Positions 1 through 10,738 are shown, counted from the stretch's first letter. The stretch is DNA of 37,702 nucleotides from a virus (IMGVR_UViG_2681813232_000007), one strand, 5' to 3'. The notes: a model not told the origin generated them from the sequence alone. Made by a program: numbers and translations.

Positions 1-258
1 ATGCAAACCGTTATTTTTGGTCGTTCGGGTTGCCCTTACTGTGTGCGTGCAAAAGATCTGGCTGAGAAATTGAGCAATGAACGCGATGATTTTCAGTATC
101 AGTATGTAGATATTCGTGCGGAAGGGATCACTAAAGAAGATCTACAACAAAAGGCAGGTAAACCCGTAGAAACCGTGCCGCAGATTTTTGTCGATCAGCA
201 ACATATCGGCGGCTATACCGATTTTGCTGCATGGGTGAAAGAAAATCTGGACGCCTGA
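1..258 (+). CDS. grxA: glutaredoxin 1
   Basis: 85-aa ORF with CPYC active-site motif (GCPYCVRAK), full-length match by recall to E. coli GrxA; synteny with ybjM/ybjL. Confidence 0.93.
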   Translation: MQTVIFGRSGCPYCVRAKDLAEKLSNERDDFQYQYVDIRAEGITKEDLQQKAGKPVETVPQIFVDQQHIGGYTDFAAWVKENLDA

Positions 259-268
259 TCGTCTGACA

Positions 269-299
269 AGCCCTCGCGTTGAGGGCTTTACTGATTTTT
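269..299 (+). terminator. putative intrinsic terminator after grxA
   Basis: hairpin agccctc-gcgtt-gagggct (269-287) followed by T-rich tract; the T-run is not immediately adjacent so strength is uncertain. Confidence 0.4.
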
Positions 300-665
300 T
301 CTGTGCTGTGGTTTAAACAAACTACTGATAAATAAGAAACACAGTGCCCCCAGCGCACACCAGAACACCGCGCTTAGTAACCATGCCAGCTCTTGCCAGA
401 ATGAGCGCGTCGGTGAAAAAAACAGCCGCATAATGAGCATCGAACAGGGTGCCGCCAGCATTGCGCCAAACAGAGGTTTCAGGACTTCTCTACGCTGTGA
501 AAAGAAGCTGGCGACTGCTCCAGGAAGAATGAAAAATAGCAAGCCGATTTCAGGATGCCCGGCAGCCCGAAAAGCGCCTTTCATGTGCGTCGCCAGAAAA
601 AGGCACACCACAATGAAGAGGACAAAACAGCAGATTGCCCCCGCCCAACGTTGTTTATGTTTCAC
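288..665 (-). CDS. ybjM: inner membrane protein YbjM
   Basis: 125-aa hydrophobic ORF, expected size and position between grxA and ybjL. Confidence 0.8.
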   Translation of the reverse strand: MKHKQRWAGAICCFVLFIVVCLFLATHMKGAFRAAGHPEIGLLFFILPGAVASFFSQRREVLKPLFGAMLAAPCSMLIMRLFFSPTRSFWQELAWLLSAVFWCALGALCFLFISSLFKPQHRKNQ

Positions 666-934
666 TCGTTCCTCCTGACACTGCGTCTATCGAACACATT
701 TTTCGCCAGTGTGGCGTTCAGTAAGATAAAGCCGCTTCGCATTCCATGCTAATATAGGCCAACGCAATTCATATAGCCGTTGATACCTAATGTGATTACA
801 CTAGTAAAATATATTGTTACTTTACTATCGTTTAGGTGCGCTGAATGAATCTGCGCCCTGAATTCTGGTAAAAAACATTATCGTAAATTACCATTTCTTT
901 CAACAGCTTACTAGTAAACAAGAAGTTAGCCTCC

Positions 935-2620
935 GTGAATATAAACGTCGCCGAATTGTTAAATGGGAATTACATTCTGTTATTATTTGTGGTCCTCGCG
1001 CTTGGGCTATGTCTCGGAAAGTTACGACTTGGTTCGATCCAACTGGGTAATTCCATTGGCGTTTTAGTCGTATCGCTGTTATTAGGCCAACAACATTTCA
1101 GCATTAACACCGATGCGCTTAATCTTGGCTTTATGCTGTTTATTTTCTGCGTCGGGGTCGAAGCCGGACCGAACTTTTTTTCCATTTTTTTTCGCGATGG
1201 GAAAAATTACCTAATGTTAGCACTGGTGATGGTTGGCAGTGCGCTGGTGATCGCCTTAGGGTTAGGTAAGCTGTTTGGCTGGGATATTGGCCTGACGGCC
1301 GGTATGTTAGCAGGCTCTATGACGTCGACACCGGTTCTGGTCGGTGCTGGCGATACACTGCGTCATTCCGGCATGGAAAGCAGGCAGCTCTCACTGGCAC
1401 TGGATAATCTGAGCCTCGGGTATGCCTTAACCTATTTAATCGGTCTGGTGAGTTTGATTGTTGGTGCGCGTTACTTGCCGAAATTGCAGCATCAGGACTT
1501 ACAGACCAGCGCCCAGCAAATCGCCCGCGAACGTGGCCTGGACACTGATGCCAACCGTAAGGTTTATTTACCGGTGATCCGCGCCTATCGCGTCGGCCCG
1601 GAACTGGTGGCCTGGACCGACGGCAAAAATCTGCGTGAACTGGGTATTTATCGACAAACCGGCTGCTACATTGAACGTATTCGACGTAACGGGATTCTGG
1701 CAAATCCAGACGGTGATGCCGTGCTACAAATGGGCGATGAAATAGCGTTGGTAGGCTATCCCGACGCCCATGCCCGACTCGATCCCAGCTTCCGTAACGG
1801 TAAAGAAGTTTTCGATCGTGACCTTCTCGACATGCGTATCGTCACTGAAGAAGTGGTCGTTAAAAACCATAACGCTGTAGGTAAACGTCTCGCACAACTG
1901 AAGTTGACCGATCACGGTTGCTTCCTTAACCGCGTCATTCGTAGCCAGATTGAGATGCCGATAGATGACAACGTCGTGCTTAACAAAGGTGACGTTTTAC
2001 AAGTCAGCGGCGATGCCCGCCGCGTAAAAACCATCGCCGATCGCATCGGCTTTATCTCGATTCACAGCCAGGTCACTGACCTGCTGGCATTCTGCGCCTT
2101 CTTTGTTATTGGGCTGATGATCGGGATGATCACCTTCCAGTTCAGCACATTCAGTTTCGGCATGGGGAACGCTGCCGGGTTGTTATTCGCCGGAATTATG
2201 CTGGGCTTTATGCGTGCTAACCACCCGACCTTCGGTTACATTCCGCAGGGTGCATTAAGCATGGTGAAAGAGTTCGGCTTGATGGTGTTTATGGCAGGCG
2301 TTGGTCTGAGCGCCGGTAGCGGTATTAATAACGGCCTGGGCGCGATTGGCGGTCAGATGTTGATTGCCGGATTGATTGTCAGTCTGGTGCCCGTGGTTAT
2401 CTGTTTCTTGTTCGGTGCTTATGTATTGCGAATGAACCGCGCGCTGTTGTTCGGCGCAATGATGGGCGCACGTACCTGCGCGCCGGCAATGGAGATCATC
2501 AGTGATACAGCTCGCAGTAACATCCCGGCGCTGGGCTATGCGGGCACCTATGCAATCGCCAACGTCCTGCTGACGCTGGCAGGGACAATCATCGTCATGG
2601 TATGGCCAGGATTAGGATAA
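935..2620 (+). CDS. ybjL: putative transporter YbjL (two membrane domains flanking a cytoplasmic TrkA-C-like region)
   Basis: 561-aa ORF, GTG start at 935, hydrophobic N- and C-terminal blocks, size and neighbourhood match ybjL; intact, so prophage insertion did not disrupt it. Confidence 0.9.
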
Positions 2621-2732
2621 AACTGAAGTTGCCCTGAAAATGAAATTTTTTTGCACAACCGCAGAACTTTTCCGCAGGGCATCAGTCTTAATTAGTGCCA
2701 CTGCTTTTCTTTGATGTCCCCATTTTGTGGAG

Positions 2733-2775
2733 CCCATCAACCCCGCCATTTCGGTTCAAGGTTGATGGGTTTTTT
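2733..2775 (+). terminator. intrinsic terminator-like hairpin (probably ybjL terminator, near prophage right junction)
   Basis: cccatcaacc (2733-2742) pairs with ggttgatggg (2760-2769), followed by TTTTTT (2770-2775). Confidence 0.45.
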
Positions 2776-2855
2776 GTTGCCTGAAATTTAAGCTGTTTAA
2801 AATCATGATGTTAGAAACACTGTTTTTTAACGATGGCGACAAAATGGCGGCAGCG

Positions 2856-3074
2856 TCAAAGAGAGAGCGCCACCTGTCCTGATTTCATTGGATGTGGCTG
2901 AACCGGATTTGACTCTTTTGGCGTTGCAATCGAACGAACAAAAGTTTCATGGGTAACAAAAGTATGGCTGCAGTTAATGTTCTGGCACTGGTTGTAACGC
3001 TCTTTGGTCAATGAAGATACCTGAAAACTGCTGCGAGTATGGGCGGCACTTCCACACAGTGGGCAAATCATCAT
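2856..3074 (-). CDS. ogr: Ogr-type zinc-finger late-gene transcription activator
   Basis: MMICPLCGSAAHTRSS...YNQCQNINCSHTF: C4 zinc finger like P2 Ogr; start moved to the internal ATG at 3074 because GGGGAG Shine-Dalgarno lies ~9 nt upstream; the ORF-track start at 3107 is an N-terminal extension. Confidence 0.85.
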   Translation of the reverse strand: MMICPLCGSAAHTRSSFQVSSLTKERYNQCQNINCSHTFVTHETFVRSIATPKESNPVQPHPMKSGQVALSL

Positions 3075-3164
3075 TTTTCGAATTCTCCCCATTTTTGCTA
3101 AATTCACAATAATGATACCGCATTATTCCATTTTGCAAACTTAAAAGTTCTCCATTGCGAAGAA

Positions 3165-4265
3165 TCATTCCATTTCGAAATCATCAATCCTCACTTCAAG
3201 CTCCAGACTGGTTGTAAAACCGTTATCGGGGTTGACGGTATGCGTCAGAGTCGTAATGGTCCATTCCGCATCATCTATCGGCTGTTTAAAGCCACTGACT
3301 TTCACTGGCATTTCCGTGTAGAGATCTGCCCGCCCTTCCGCCAGTTGTAGCGAGAATGACGCAACGCCGCGTTGCAGGCGTTCCCACTGCATTTTCGCTG
3401 CCCGTTCGGCGTTACTCCGATTAGCATAGGTGCGATTAAGTACCAGCACGTTTTCATCCGTACCCACCAGATAATCGCCCTGCTTCGTTTCCGGCTCTTT
3501 CTTCTGCTTCTTAGTCCTGCGCTTACGCTTCACCGCGGTGCTTTCTTTCTTCGCGGGTTCGCGGGTATGCAACCAGCTGGCAATTACGCCCGTGTAAGCT
3601 CCGCGATCTGCCAGGGTAAAGCGGTGACTGTCGCCGTCCTTACGTGTGATAGTGATAACCGGTAGTGGTTTACCACTGGCGCTTTTACCCTGCCCCTGTC
3701 GGATGAATAACAGATTGCCATTTTTCACCGACGCAATAGCACCGTACTGGCGCGCCAGCCGCATCAGAAAACTGCCGTCACTCTCATTGGTCTGATCTAT
3801 ATGTTCCACGGGTTTATCTGACAGGTCTTTACCCAATGCCATCTTCAGTTTGTGCCGCGCAGCTATTTCCTTCACCACTTCCCCAACGGTGGTCTTGTGC
3901 CACGACTTTTCACGACGGGTATTCAGTGTTTCACGAAAATCAGCACTTCGCGCCCGGATAGTCAGGCGGTCCGGTGCGCCAGTGTGTTCAATCTCGTCCA
4001 CCGTGAATGCCCCTTTCGGGAAAAGCGGCTGCCCCTTCCAGCCCAGCGCCAGCGTAATGACCGCACCACGGCGCGGCAGCACGATTTTTCCGTCGGCGTC
4101 GTCCAGCTCCAGATCAAGCTGGTCCGCTTCAAAGCCCCGATTGTCCGTCAGCGTCAAACTCATCAGGCGGTTATCCAGCACAGTGGTGATATCCCTGCCC
4201 TCAATACTGATGCTGAATGCGGGAGTTTTGTTGCCTTTGTTAAGCAGTTCAGAGCTGAAATTCAT
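3165..4265 (-). CDS. D: tail protein D (late control gene D family)
   Basis: 366 aa, position between ogr and U as in P2; stop overlaps ogr region, start overlaps U stop. Confidence 0.85.
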   Translation of the reverse strand: MNFSSELLNKGNKTPAFSISIEGRDITTVLDNRLMSLTLTDNRGFEADQLDLELDDADGKIVLPRRGAVITLALGWKGQPLFPKGAFTVDEIEHTGAPDRLTIRARSADFRETLNTRREKSWHKTTVGEVVKEIAARHKLKMALGKDLSDKPVEHIDQTNESDGSFLMRLARQYGAIASVKNGNLLFIRQGQGKSASGKPLPVITITRKDGDSHRFTLADRGAYTGVIASWLHTREPAKKESTAVKRKRRTKKQKKEPETKQGDYLVGTDENVLVLNRTYANRSNAERAAKMQWERLQRGVASFSLQLAEGRADLYTEMPVKVSGFKQPIDDAEWTITTLTHTVNPDNGFTTSLELEVRIDDFEME

Positions 4266-4747
4266 GACAGCAGCCCTCCCACCGTTTTACTGATATCGCT
4301 TAAGGCAGACGTTGCTGTGTCCTGCAGATTATTCAGTTGCGCACTGAGATCACCGAATATATCGGACAGGGATTCATCCACCCGTTTGAGCGACAGGGTG
4401 AACTCAATCCGGCGCGGCATACCGTCGCGGAAAAACTCCGTTTTAGTCTGATTCAGTCCCTCAATCACATACATGCCATAAATCGTGCCACTGCCTTCAA
4501 TCAGGGGCCATGCTTTCCCCTGTTCTGCCATCTGCTCCAGTGCCAGCAACGACAGCCTGCCACCTGTTATCTCCGGCATAAGAACACCGGAAAGCGTCAG
4601 CATGTCGTTGTCCGGTCCCAGAAACTGCGTGGACGGACATCGGTTTACCCGGCTGTTTGCCGCATGTCGCCAGCTGCGTTGATACTGCAGCTCCTGATAT
4701 GGCACGGTGCGCAGCATAAACACGTACAATCCCAGCACCATCATCAT
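4262..4747 (-). CDS. U: tail protein U
   Basis: 161 aa, size and position match P2 gpU; 4-nt overlap with D and T. Confidence 0.85.
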   Translation of the reverse strand: MMMVLGLYVFMLRTVPYQELQYQRSWRHAANSRVNRCPSTQFLGPDNDMLTLSGVLMPEITGGRLSLLALEQMAEQGKAWPLIEGSGTIYGMYVIEGLNQTKTEFFRDGMPRRIEFTLSLKRVDESLSDIFGDLSAQLNNLQDTATSALSDISKTVGGLLS

Positions 4748-7700
4748 GCGTCGTATCCCCCCTGATCGCTGTAGTTACTCCTGGCTTTTGCCTTCAGCCT
4801 GCGTTCACGTTCATCAAGCTGGCGGGCCACCTCCCGCGCAATATCCTGCGCACTTTGTCCTGGCTGTGTCTGGATGATGATCTGCGTCGGTGCTTCAATC
4901 CGGTAAATGGGCGGCACAGTAGCTGCACGACTCACCATCGCTTCACCGCCTTTTGCGGGAAGCGCCAAAGGATGCAACGGTGGAAGCTCTGCTGGCGCGG
5001 CAGCAACACCCATCATTCCGGCGACAACGGCAGCCAGTGCAGCTGTATTTCTCCGGCTGGTCACGTTTGCCGGGCCGTTAACAATTTCCGGCCCGTTTTC
5101 ACCGACGATGCCAAACTGCCCGCGCGGGATATAGCCGCCGCTGTCATACATCCCCGCAAAGCCATATCCCCATGACGGAAAATCACCCGATGGCATCATC
5201 ACTTTACCGTCTGCCTTCACCGTCGCAGGTTGCTGACGCGTCACGCTTTCCGGCAGTTTCGCCTTTGCAGCCTCTTTACTGACAATGCCGAGTTTCTCCA
5301 GCAACCAGGAAACGCCGGATTTCAGGGAGTCCAGCGGATGCATGACCATATTCAGCCCTTCTGCCAGTGCCTCCCCGAATCGTCGCCCCATGGCCGCTGC
5401 GCTCTGCAGTTCGGCAGAGGTCGACTTAACGGGCGTCAGCAGATCAGTAAACCAGCCCCACAGCGCCTGCACTTTGTCGCCAATCCACTGGAACACGGGC
5501 TTAAGCGGTTCGAACGCTGCACTGATGGGACCTGCCGCCGCTTTGAATCCTTCCACCACGCCACCGAGAAATGCGGTGATGGGTTGCCAGTATTTCCAGA
5601 CAACCAGCGCCACGCCCGCCAGTGCAGTAACCACAAGACCTATCGGACTGAGCAGAGCACCTAACAGACCAGATATGGCATACAGGGCAACGCGCAGCAT
5701 CGCCAGTGGACCAGATGCCAGTACTCGCAGCACCGTGCCTGCGGCGGCCAGTCCACCGCGCAGTACCGCCAGAGGATTCATAAACATCACAGCAACAGCA
5801 CGTAAACCGGATAATCCAGACCGCAAAAGTGCAACCGGCGCACCTGCTACAGTTTTCAGGACATTTCCCGTCAGTGATGCCGTGCGGCGCAAAGACGACA
5901 ACGGCGCAGTAAGTAAACCTGCGGCGTTGCCCGATGAAGCAAGCCCGCGTCGCAGCAGTGCCAGTGGCGCGCCAGCCAGCCAGGACAACGCGCTGCTGGT
6001 TCGAGTTACTGCTGCCGTAACGGAAGATAACGTTTTGATACCCAACACAGAGAATCCCAGACGGATCACTGCCAGCGGCCCCAGCACTGCAGCCAGCGCC
6101 ACCGCTAAGGTGCCGAGGCCGACGGTAACCGCAGCCACAACAGCCGATGCTTTCATCAGTGTGCCTGTCAGTTCCGGGTTAGCTTCCACCCAGCGACGCA
6201 ACGCCCCCGTGACGCTTTTCACCGTGTACAGAATATCCATCAGCGGCTGGCGCAGCGTTTCGCCCAGGCTGCTGAAGGTGTTCTGCGCTCCGGTTTTGAC
6301 CAGCAACCACTGCGCAGAAAGTGAATCCTTGTTAATGTCGGATTCTTTCTGCATGGAGCCGAGCGCATCATTGCCCGCTGTCAGTTTTAACTGACGCTGC
6401 AGTTCCGGCAGGTTGTTTGCCAGTTTCGCCGCGTCATCGCCAAACTCTTTACCAAACAACATAGTCATGGCAGACAGGCGCTTGTCCTGCGGCAGCGCGT
6501 TTACCTTCTCCAGCACGCGCTGGATGGTTCCCATCGCATCCTTCGTCATCTGCTTTTCAATCACTTCAGGATTGAGTTTCAGCAGATTCATCCCTTCAAA
6601 GAAACTCTTGCTTTGCATGGTGGCAATGGACAATTCACGCACCATCGCGTTTGCTGCACTGGCTGCAACCTCTGGCGCAGCGCCCAGTGTCAGGAAGGTG
6701 GAACCCAGCGCCGCCGCTTTACGATAATCCAGACGGTCAGCCACACCGCCCAGACGTTGCATCACATCAATGATGTCTGCCCCTTTCGACATGGCGTTAT
6801 CATCCAGATAGTTCAGCGCATCACCGAGCTGTTCAATATTGCGGGTGGGGATTTTGTAGAGCTGGGCGATTTTCCCCAGACTTTCTGACAGTTCATCCGC
6901 TGGCAGCTCAAAGGCTGTTGCCGCCTTTGCTGCCGTACTGGCGAAGGCCAGCAGGTCACGTTTCTGATCTTCCCAGCTGTCGTCAGGGTTTGCGACGTTC
7001 ATGCGCGCACCACCTTCAACCAGTGCAGCGAAGTCCACCGCACCGTTTTCCATCGGCAACTGTTCGCTGGCAGCCTTGATGGCATCCTGCATTTCATAAA
7101 AACGTGCAGTGCGGTTGCCATTATCGTCACGCAGACCATTGACCTGCTTTGCCACACCTTTCATGGCATCTTCCATGCTGGTATAGCTTTTTACTGCCGC
7201 CATCACTGGCGCACCCATTGCCAGCCCTGCAGCCGTGGTGGTGGCTCCGGCACCTGCAATACGATCACGCACCTCCAGCGAACGGGCATAACTGGCACGC
7301 GCTGCATTCATCCTGCGCTGAGCTTCCCCCAGTCGCTTCAGCCGCGCCTCCTGTTTCGAAAGTTCCTGGTTATAACGTGATGTTTCACGGGCTAAACGGG
7401 CAGTTGCTCCCGCATCGTCTTTCGCAGAAATTCCCGCCCGGTACAGTTCAGCACGCACAAGCGCCGTCTGCTGCTGCAGCTTTTTCTGGCGTTCTTCCAG
7501 GCGCTGAACAGCCAGCCGTTGACGGCCCAGAGCAACAACCTGACGTTGCGAAGGCGGCCCCATCGCTCCCAGTTCCTGACTGAGCAAATTTGCACGCTGG
7601 CGGGCATAGTTCAGCCTGTCGCCTAATTTCTGATTTTCTGCCTGCAGCTCTCGGAAGCTGTCCAGACTGCTCCCGGCCTGATCAAGCTGCTTTATTGCAT

Positions 7701-7821
7701 CGCGGGATTTTTTGACAGCAGCAGCCAGTTCTCTTGAACTGGCCTGCGCAGATCGAAATGGGCGGGTGAGCTTGTCAACCGCATTAAGAATGACCTGCAG
7801 ACGCAGATTGTTATCACTCAT
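4744..7821 (-). CDS. T: tail tape measure protein
   Basis: 1025-aa Ala/Leu-rich ORF with coiled-coil N-terminus and hydrophobic repeats, directly downstream of E/E' as in P2. Confidence 0.9.
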   Translation of the reverse strand: MSDNNLRLQVILNAVDKLTRPFRSAQASSRELAAAVKKSRDAIKQLDQAGSSLDSFRELQAENQKLGDRLNYARQRANLLSQELGAMGPPSQRQVVALGRQRLAVQRLEERQKKLQQQTALVRAELYRAGISAKDDAGATARLARETSRYNQELSKQEARLKRLGEAQRRMNAARASYARSLEVRDRIAGAGATTTAAGLAMGAPVMAAVKSYTSMEDAMKGVAKQVNGLRDDNGNRTARFYEMQDAIKAASEQLPMENGAVDFAALVEGGARMNVANPDDSWEDQKRDLLAFASTAAKAATAFELPADELSESLGKIAQLYKIPTRNIEQLGDALNYLDDNAMSKGADIIDVMQRLGGVADRLDYRKAAALGSTFLTLGAAPEVAASAANAMVRELSIATMQSKSFFEGMNLLKLNPEVIEKQMTKDAMGTIQRVLEKVNALPQDKRLSAMTMLFGKEFGDDAAKLANNLPELQRQLKLTAGNDALGSMQKESDINKDSLSAQWLLVKTGAQNTFSSLGETLRQPLMDILYTVKSVTGALRRWVEANPELTGTLMKASAVVAAVTVGLGTLAVALAAVLGPLAVIRLGFSVLGIKTLSSVTAAVTRTSSALSWLAGAPLALLRRGLASSGNAAGLLTAPLSSLRRTASLTGNVLKTVAGAPVALLRSGLSGLRAVAVMFMNPLAVLRGGLAAAGTVLRVLASGPLAMLRVALYAISGLLGALLSPIGLVVTALAGVALVVWKYWQPITAFLGGVVEGFKAAAGPISAAFEPLKPVFQWIGDKVQALWGWFTDLLTPVKSTSAELQSAAAMGRRFGEALAEGLNMVMHPLDSLKSGVSWLLEKLGIVSKEAAKAKLPESVTRQQPATVKADGKVMMPSGDFPSWGYGFAGMYDSGGYIPRGQFGIVGENGPEIVNGPANVTSRRNTAALAAVVAGMMGVAAAPAELPPLHPLALPAKGGEAMVSRAATVPPIYRIEAPTQIIIQTQPGQSAQDIAREVARQLDERERRLKAKARSNYSDQGGYDA

Positions 7822-8250
7822 CGTTGGCCCCGCTTCTCTGAATCGCTTTATACCGCCATTCCAGCACTTCGGTCAGCGGCATAACGTCAGTAACGGATGG
7901 CGGCCAGTGAAAAATGGTGGCGATATCTGCCACCAGATCGTCAACCGTCAGGCTGTCGGTAAACCGGCAAGCACCGACTTCTTCAACAAAAAAGTGACAA
8001 CCTCAACCGACATGGCAGTGAGATCTGCCGGGTCCATCTCTGCAATTTCCTGTGCAGTCAGTGCCGGACTGGAGATGCGGGGGATCACGGTCATCATCGC
8101 GTTTACATCCATATCCATAATGGCCTGCAGGCGTGTACCGCGCAGCGCACCGGACTGCGGTTTACGCAGCACAATTTCGGTGATTTCTGTTTTACCGCGC
8201 TTGATGGGGGTATCCAGTTGAATGGTCTTTTCAGTCTGCTTATCGCTCAT
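7814..8250 (-). CDS. E': E+E' tail chaperone produced by programmed -1 frameshift
   Basis: minus-strand TTTTTTG at 7987-7993 inside E; hand translation of the -1 frame continues open (FFVEEVGACRF...RSGANDE) to a TGA at 7814-7816 that overlaps the T start codon (GATGAGTGA). Confidence 0.75.
7948..8250 (-). CDS. E: tail assembly chaperone E
   Basis: 100-aa ORF upstream of T; contains the T6G slippery site near its 3' end. Confidence 0.85.
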   Translation of the reverse strand: MSDKQTEKTIQLDTPIKRGKTEITEIVLRKPQSGALRGTRLQAIMDMDVNAMMTVIPRISSPALTAQEIAEMDPADLTAMSVEVVTFLLKKSVLAGLPTA

Positions 8251-8304
8251 TTTGCTGTCCTGTCAATTGGGTTCTGGCGCGGTATCCCGCGCCGTTCAGA
8301 TATA

Positions 8305-8820
8305 TCAGAGGCCGAGGGCGTTGCGGTGCGCTTCCATCAGGTCCACACCGTCCACAATTTCCACCATGTTGATAAGGTCCACTTCATAGAGCACCTCACC
8401 ATTGATGGTCAGCTTCGCGTAGCTGTTGGTACTGGTCACTTTGGTGGTGTTGCTTTCGCCCGTCTTCCACTCGCCGGAATCCACTTCTTTGTGACGTCCA
8501 CGCACGACAAGCTCCACGGCCTGCACTTCCCCGGTATCGTCACGCTGAATAGAGCCGGTAAAGCGCAGCTGGATGCCATCCACCGTGGCTTTACCCATCT
8601 GTTTAAACAGCAGCAATTCAGTACCACCAATGGAAAATTCTGTGTCCAGCGCACAGTCATCAAGCCCCAGATCCACATCCACCGCACCCGGCATTCCGCC
8701 GCCGCGATACTTCTCATATTTGCGGGTAAATTTCGGCAGCGTCAGCGACTCAACGATCCCCTGCCAGTTGTTCCCGTCGTTAAACAGGTTCAGGTGTTTT
8801 AATTTGCGTGGTAAAGCCAT
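8305..8820 (-). CDS. FII: tail tube protein FII
   Basis: 171 aa, size and position match P2 FII. Confidence 0.88.
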   Translation of the reverse strand: MALPRKLKHLNLFNDGNNWQGIVESLTLPKFTRKYEKYRGGGMPGAVDVDLGLDDCALDTEFSIGGTELLLFKQMGKATVDGIQLRFTGSIQRDDTGEVQAVELVVRGRHKEVDSGEWKTGESNTTKVTSTNSYAKLTINGEVLYEVDLINMVEIVDGVDLMEAHRNALGL

Positions 8821-8829
8821 GTTGTCCCC

Positions 8830-10002
8830 TTACGCGCTGACCTGGCTGGCGAAATTCACCAGGTACTGATCGGTGATGCGCTGACGCAGCATCAGGTTTT
8901 CAAGTGGCGGCACTGGCGTGTAGTCGTAGTCGATGGTGAGTTTTCCGGCTTTCAGCGTGTCTTTGTCGTTCACCGACTCATCCAGCCAGCAATCACCACC
9001 AATGAGATAGCCCTGACTGACCAGGCTGCGCATTTTGGCGCGGATACCTTCGATAATGTCGCGGGCCAGCGACGGGTTAAGCGGTTTATCCACCGCCCAC
9101 ATGTGTGCTTCTGCCATCGTGTCCATCAGCACCTGCGCCGTGCGGGTGTAGTTTTCGAAGGCAAAGAGCGGGTCATCACTCAGGCAGCGGGAACCCCAGA
9201 AGCGGAAACCGTCTTTACGCACAAGCGTGGTGACGTCGTTCTGGTTCAGCAGACCTGCATCGGTTGCCGGGTCCTGCAGATCCCAGAACACATCTGCAGA
9301 AATTCCGGTGATACCGTTCACGCCCACGTTGGACAGGCTTTTGTGCCATCCGGTCTGCTCGTCAATTTTGGCGCGCAGACCAAGCGCACGGGCGGTGGCA
9401 TATGCCGTTGCTTCGGCATTCAGCACCGTGTCCCAGCCAGTAAAGTCAGGCCAGATCAGCATCCCTTCGCGCTGGCTGAAGTTTTCGCGGTAAGTGATCG
9501 CCTCCTGCACTGTCTTGCAGCCATACGCTGACAGGTAAGCAAATCCACGCAGGCTTTGCGCCACGCTCAGCAACTCAGTAGCTACCGCCTTGGTGTCGTG
9601 GCCTGGCACGCCGAGAATGCGCGGTTTAACGCCGAGCTGTGACTGGGCAGATAACAGGGCTTTCATACCTGTTTTTTTACCTTCAGCAGTCACTGCGCCG
9701 ATGATATTGGTCGTGGTTTCGTCTTCCGTTTCACCCTGCGGCACACGCACAACAATGGTCACGGGTTTTGCCTGGTCAGCGATGGCATCCAGCGAACGGG
9801 CCAGAGTACCTGACTCACCCGCTTTACCGCTGGCAGTCAGCACATCAGTGATCAGTACGGGTTTATTAAGAGGAAACATTTTTGCATCGGCATCATCGCC
9901 CGTGCAGACCATACCCACGATGGCGGTGCTCACCGTGGTAATAGATCGGGTGCCTTCGTTGACTTCAACAACGCGCACCCCGTGGTGGTAATCCTGAGCC
10001 AT
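8830..10002 (-). CDS. FI: contractile tail sheath protein FI
   Basis: 390 aa, size and position match P2 FI. Confidence 0.9.
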   Translation of the reverse strand: MAQDYHHGVRVVEVNEGTRSITTVSTAIVGMVCTGDDADAKMFPLNKPVLITDVLTASGKAGESGTLARSLDAIADQAKPVTIVVRVPQGETEDETTTNIIGAVTAEGKKTGMKALLSAQSQLGVKPRILGVPGHDTKAVATELLSVAQSLRGFAYLSAYGCKTVQEAITYRENFSQREGMLIWPDFTGWDTVLNAEATAYATARALGLRAKIDEQTGWHKSLSNVGVNGITGISADVFWDLQDPATDAGLLNQNDVTTLVRKDGFRFWGSRCLSDDPLFAFENYTRTAQVLMDTMAEAHMWAVDKPLNPSLARDIIEGIRAKMRSLVSQGYLIGGDCWLDESVNDKDTLKAGKLTIDYDYTPVPPLENLMLRQRITDQYLVNFASQVSA

Positions 10003-10078
10003 AGTGGCGAACCTCCTGATTGGATTAGGCTTCGCCCTATGTTGAAGTGATTGTGCCTGACAAACAGCTAAGCGCAGT

Positions 10079-10096
10079 TGTGTCGTTATTCACACA
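10079..10096. promoter_or_regulatory. candidate Ogr-binding site (TGT-N12-ACA) of the late promoter upstream of FI
   Basis: TGTgtcgttattcacACA in the FI upstream intergenic region, centred ~85 nt from the FI start codon. Confidence 0.5.
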
Positions 10097-10144
10097 AAAT
10101 GACGGTATTTGTCTACTTGCAGGGATAATCAAAATAATGCTGAT

Positions 10145-10711
10145 TCAGGGGGATTCATTGCTCTTATTTGCCGGAAATTTTCTATAAATGGTAGAAACGC
10201 CTACATCAAAAATCAGTGCAATACGCTGTCTTGATTCTCCGGCCTCGAGTAAACGCCCAATCTGTGCCCACTGTTCGGTGGTCAACTTAGGACGGCGTCC
10301 ACCTACTCTGCCTTTGGCACGAGCTGCAGCCAGCCCTGCCATGGTATGTTCAACTATCAGTTCGCGTTCCATTTCAGCCAGGGCCCCCATGACATGAAAA
10401 AAGAAACGGCCCATTGGGGTGCTGGTATCAATACTGTCAGTCAGGCTTCGGAAATTCACGCCACGCTGACGCAACTCTTCTATCAGCGTAACAAGATGCC
10501 GCATACTGCGCCCCAACCTGTCCAGCTTCCAGACAACCAGAGTGTCTCCTGCCGATAGTGTCCTGAGCAGCTTTTTCAGCCCCGGTCTGTCGGACTTGGT
10601 GCCACTGATTTTATCCTCAAAAATCCGCTCACATCCCGCACAGTTCAGTGCATTGCGTTGCAAATCGGTGTTCTGGTCATTTGTTGACACGCGTACATAG
10701 CCAATAAGCAT
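10145..10711 (-). CDS. serine recombinase, DNA invertase (Gin/Pin/Cin/Hin family)
   Basis: MLIGYVRVSTNDQNTDLQRNAL... with catalytic Ser in the YVRVSTxDQ motif and C-terminal HTH (GVSTIYRKF); near-identical by recall to Mu Gin over the N-terminus; ORF-track N-terminal extension to 11026 rejected. Confidence 0.9.
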   Translation of the reverse strand: MLIGYVRVSTNDQNTDLQRNALNCAGCERIFEDKISGTKSDRPGLKKLLRTLSAGDTLVVWKLDRLGRSMRHLVTLIEELRQRGVNFRSLTDSIDTSTPMGRFFFHVMGALAEMERELIVEHTMAGLAAARAKGRVGGRRPKLTTEQWAQIGRLLEAGESRQRIALIFDVGVSTIYRKFPANKSNESP

Positions 10712-10738
10712 GATCATCCCCCTGAATAAAAACCGGAG

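Noticed and set aside
2780-2855. Possible minus-strand terminator downstream of ogr
   Set aside because: Only a short GGCG/CGCC stem with a modest T-tract; too weak to call by eye.
3850-4451. Two plus-strand ORFs of 147 and 199 aa
   Set aside because: Both antisense within tail genes D and U; Arg/Ser-rich artefact frames.
5285-6394. 369-aa plus-strand ORF
   Set aside because: Lies entirely antisense within the tape-measure gene; Ala/Ser/Pro/Thr/Arg-rich low-complexity translation typical of stop-poor antisense frames in GC-rich DNA.
8218-8802. 194-aa plus-strand ORF
   Set aside because: Antisense to tail tube gene FII; composition-driven open frame.
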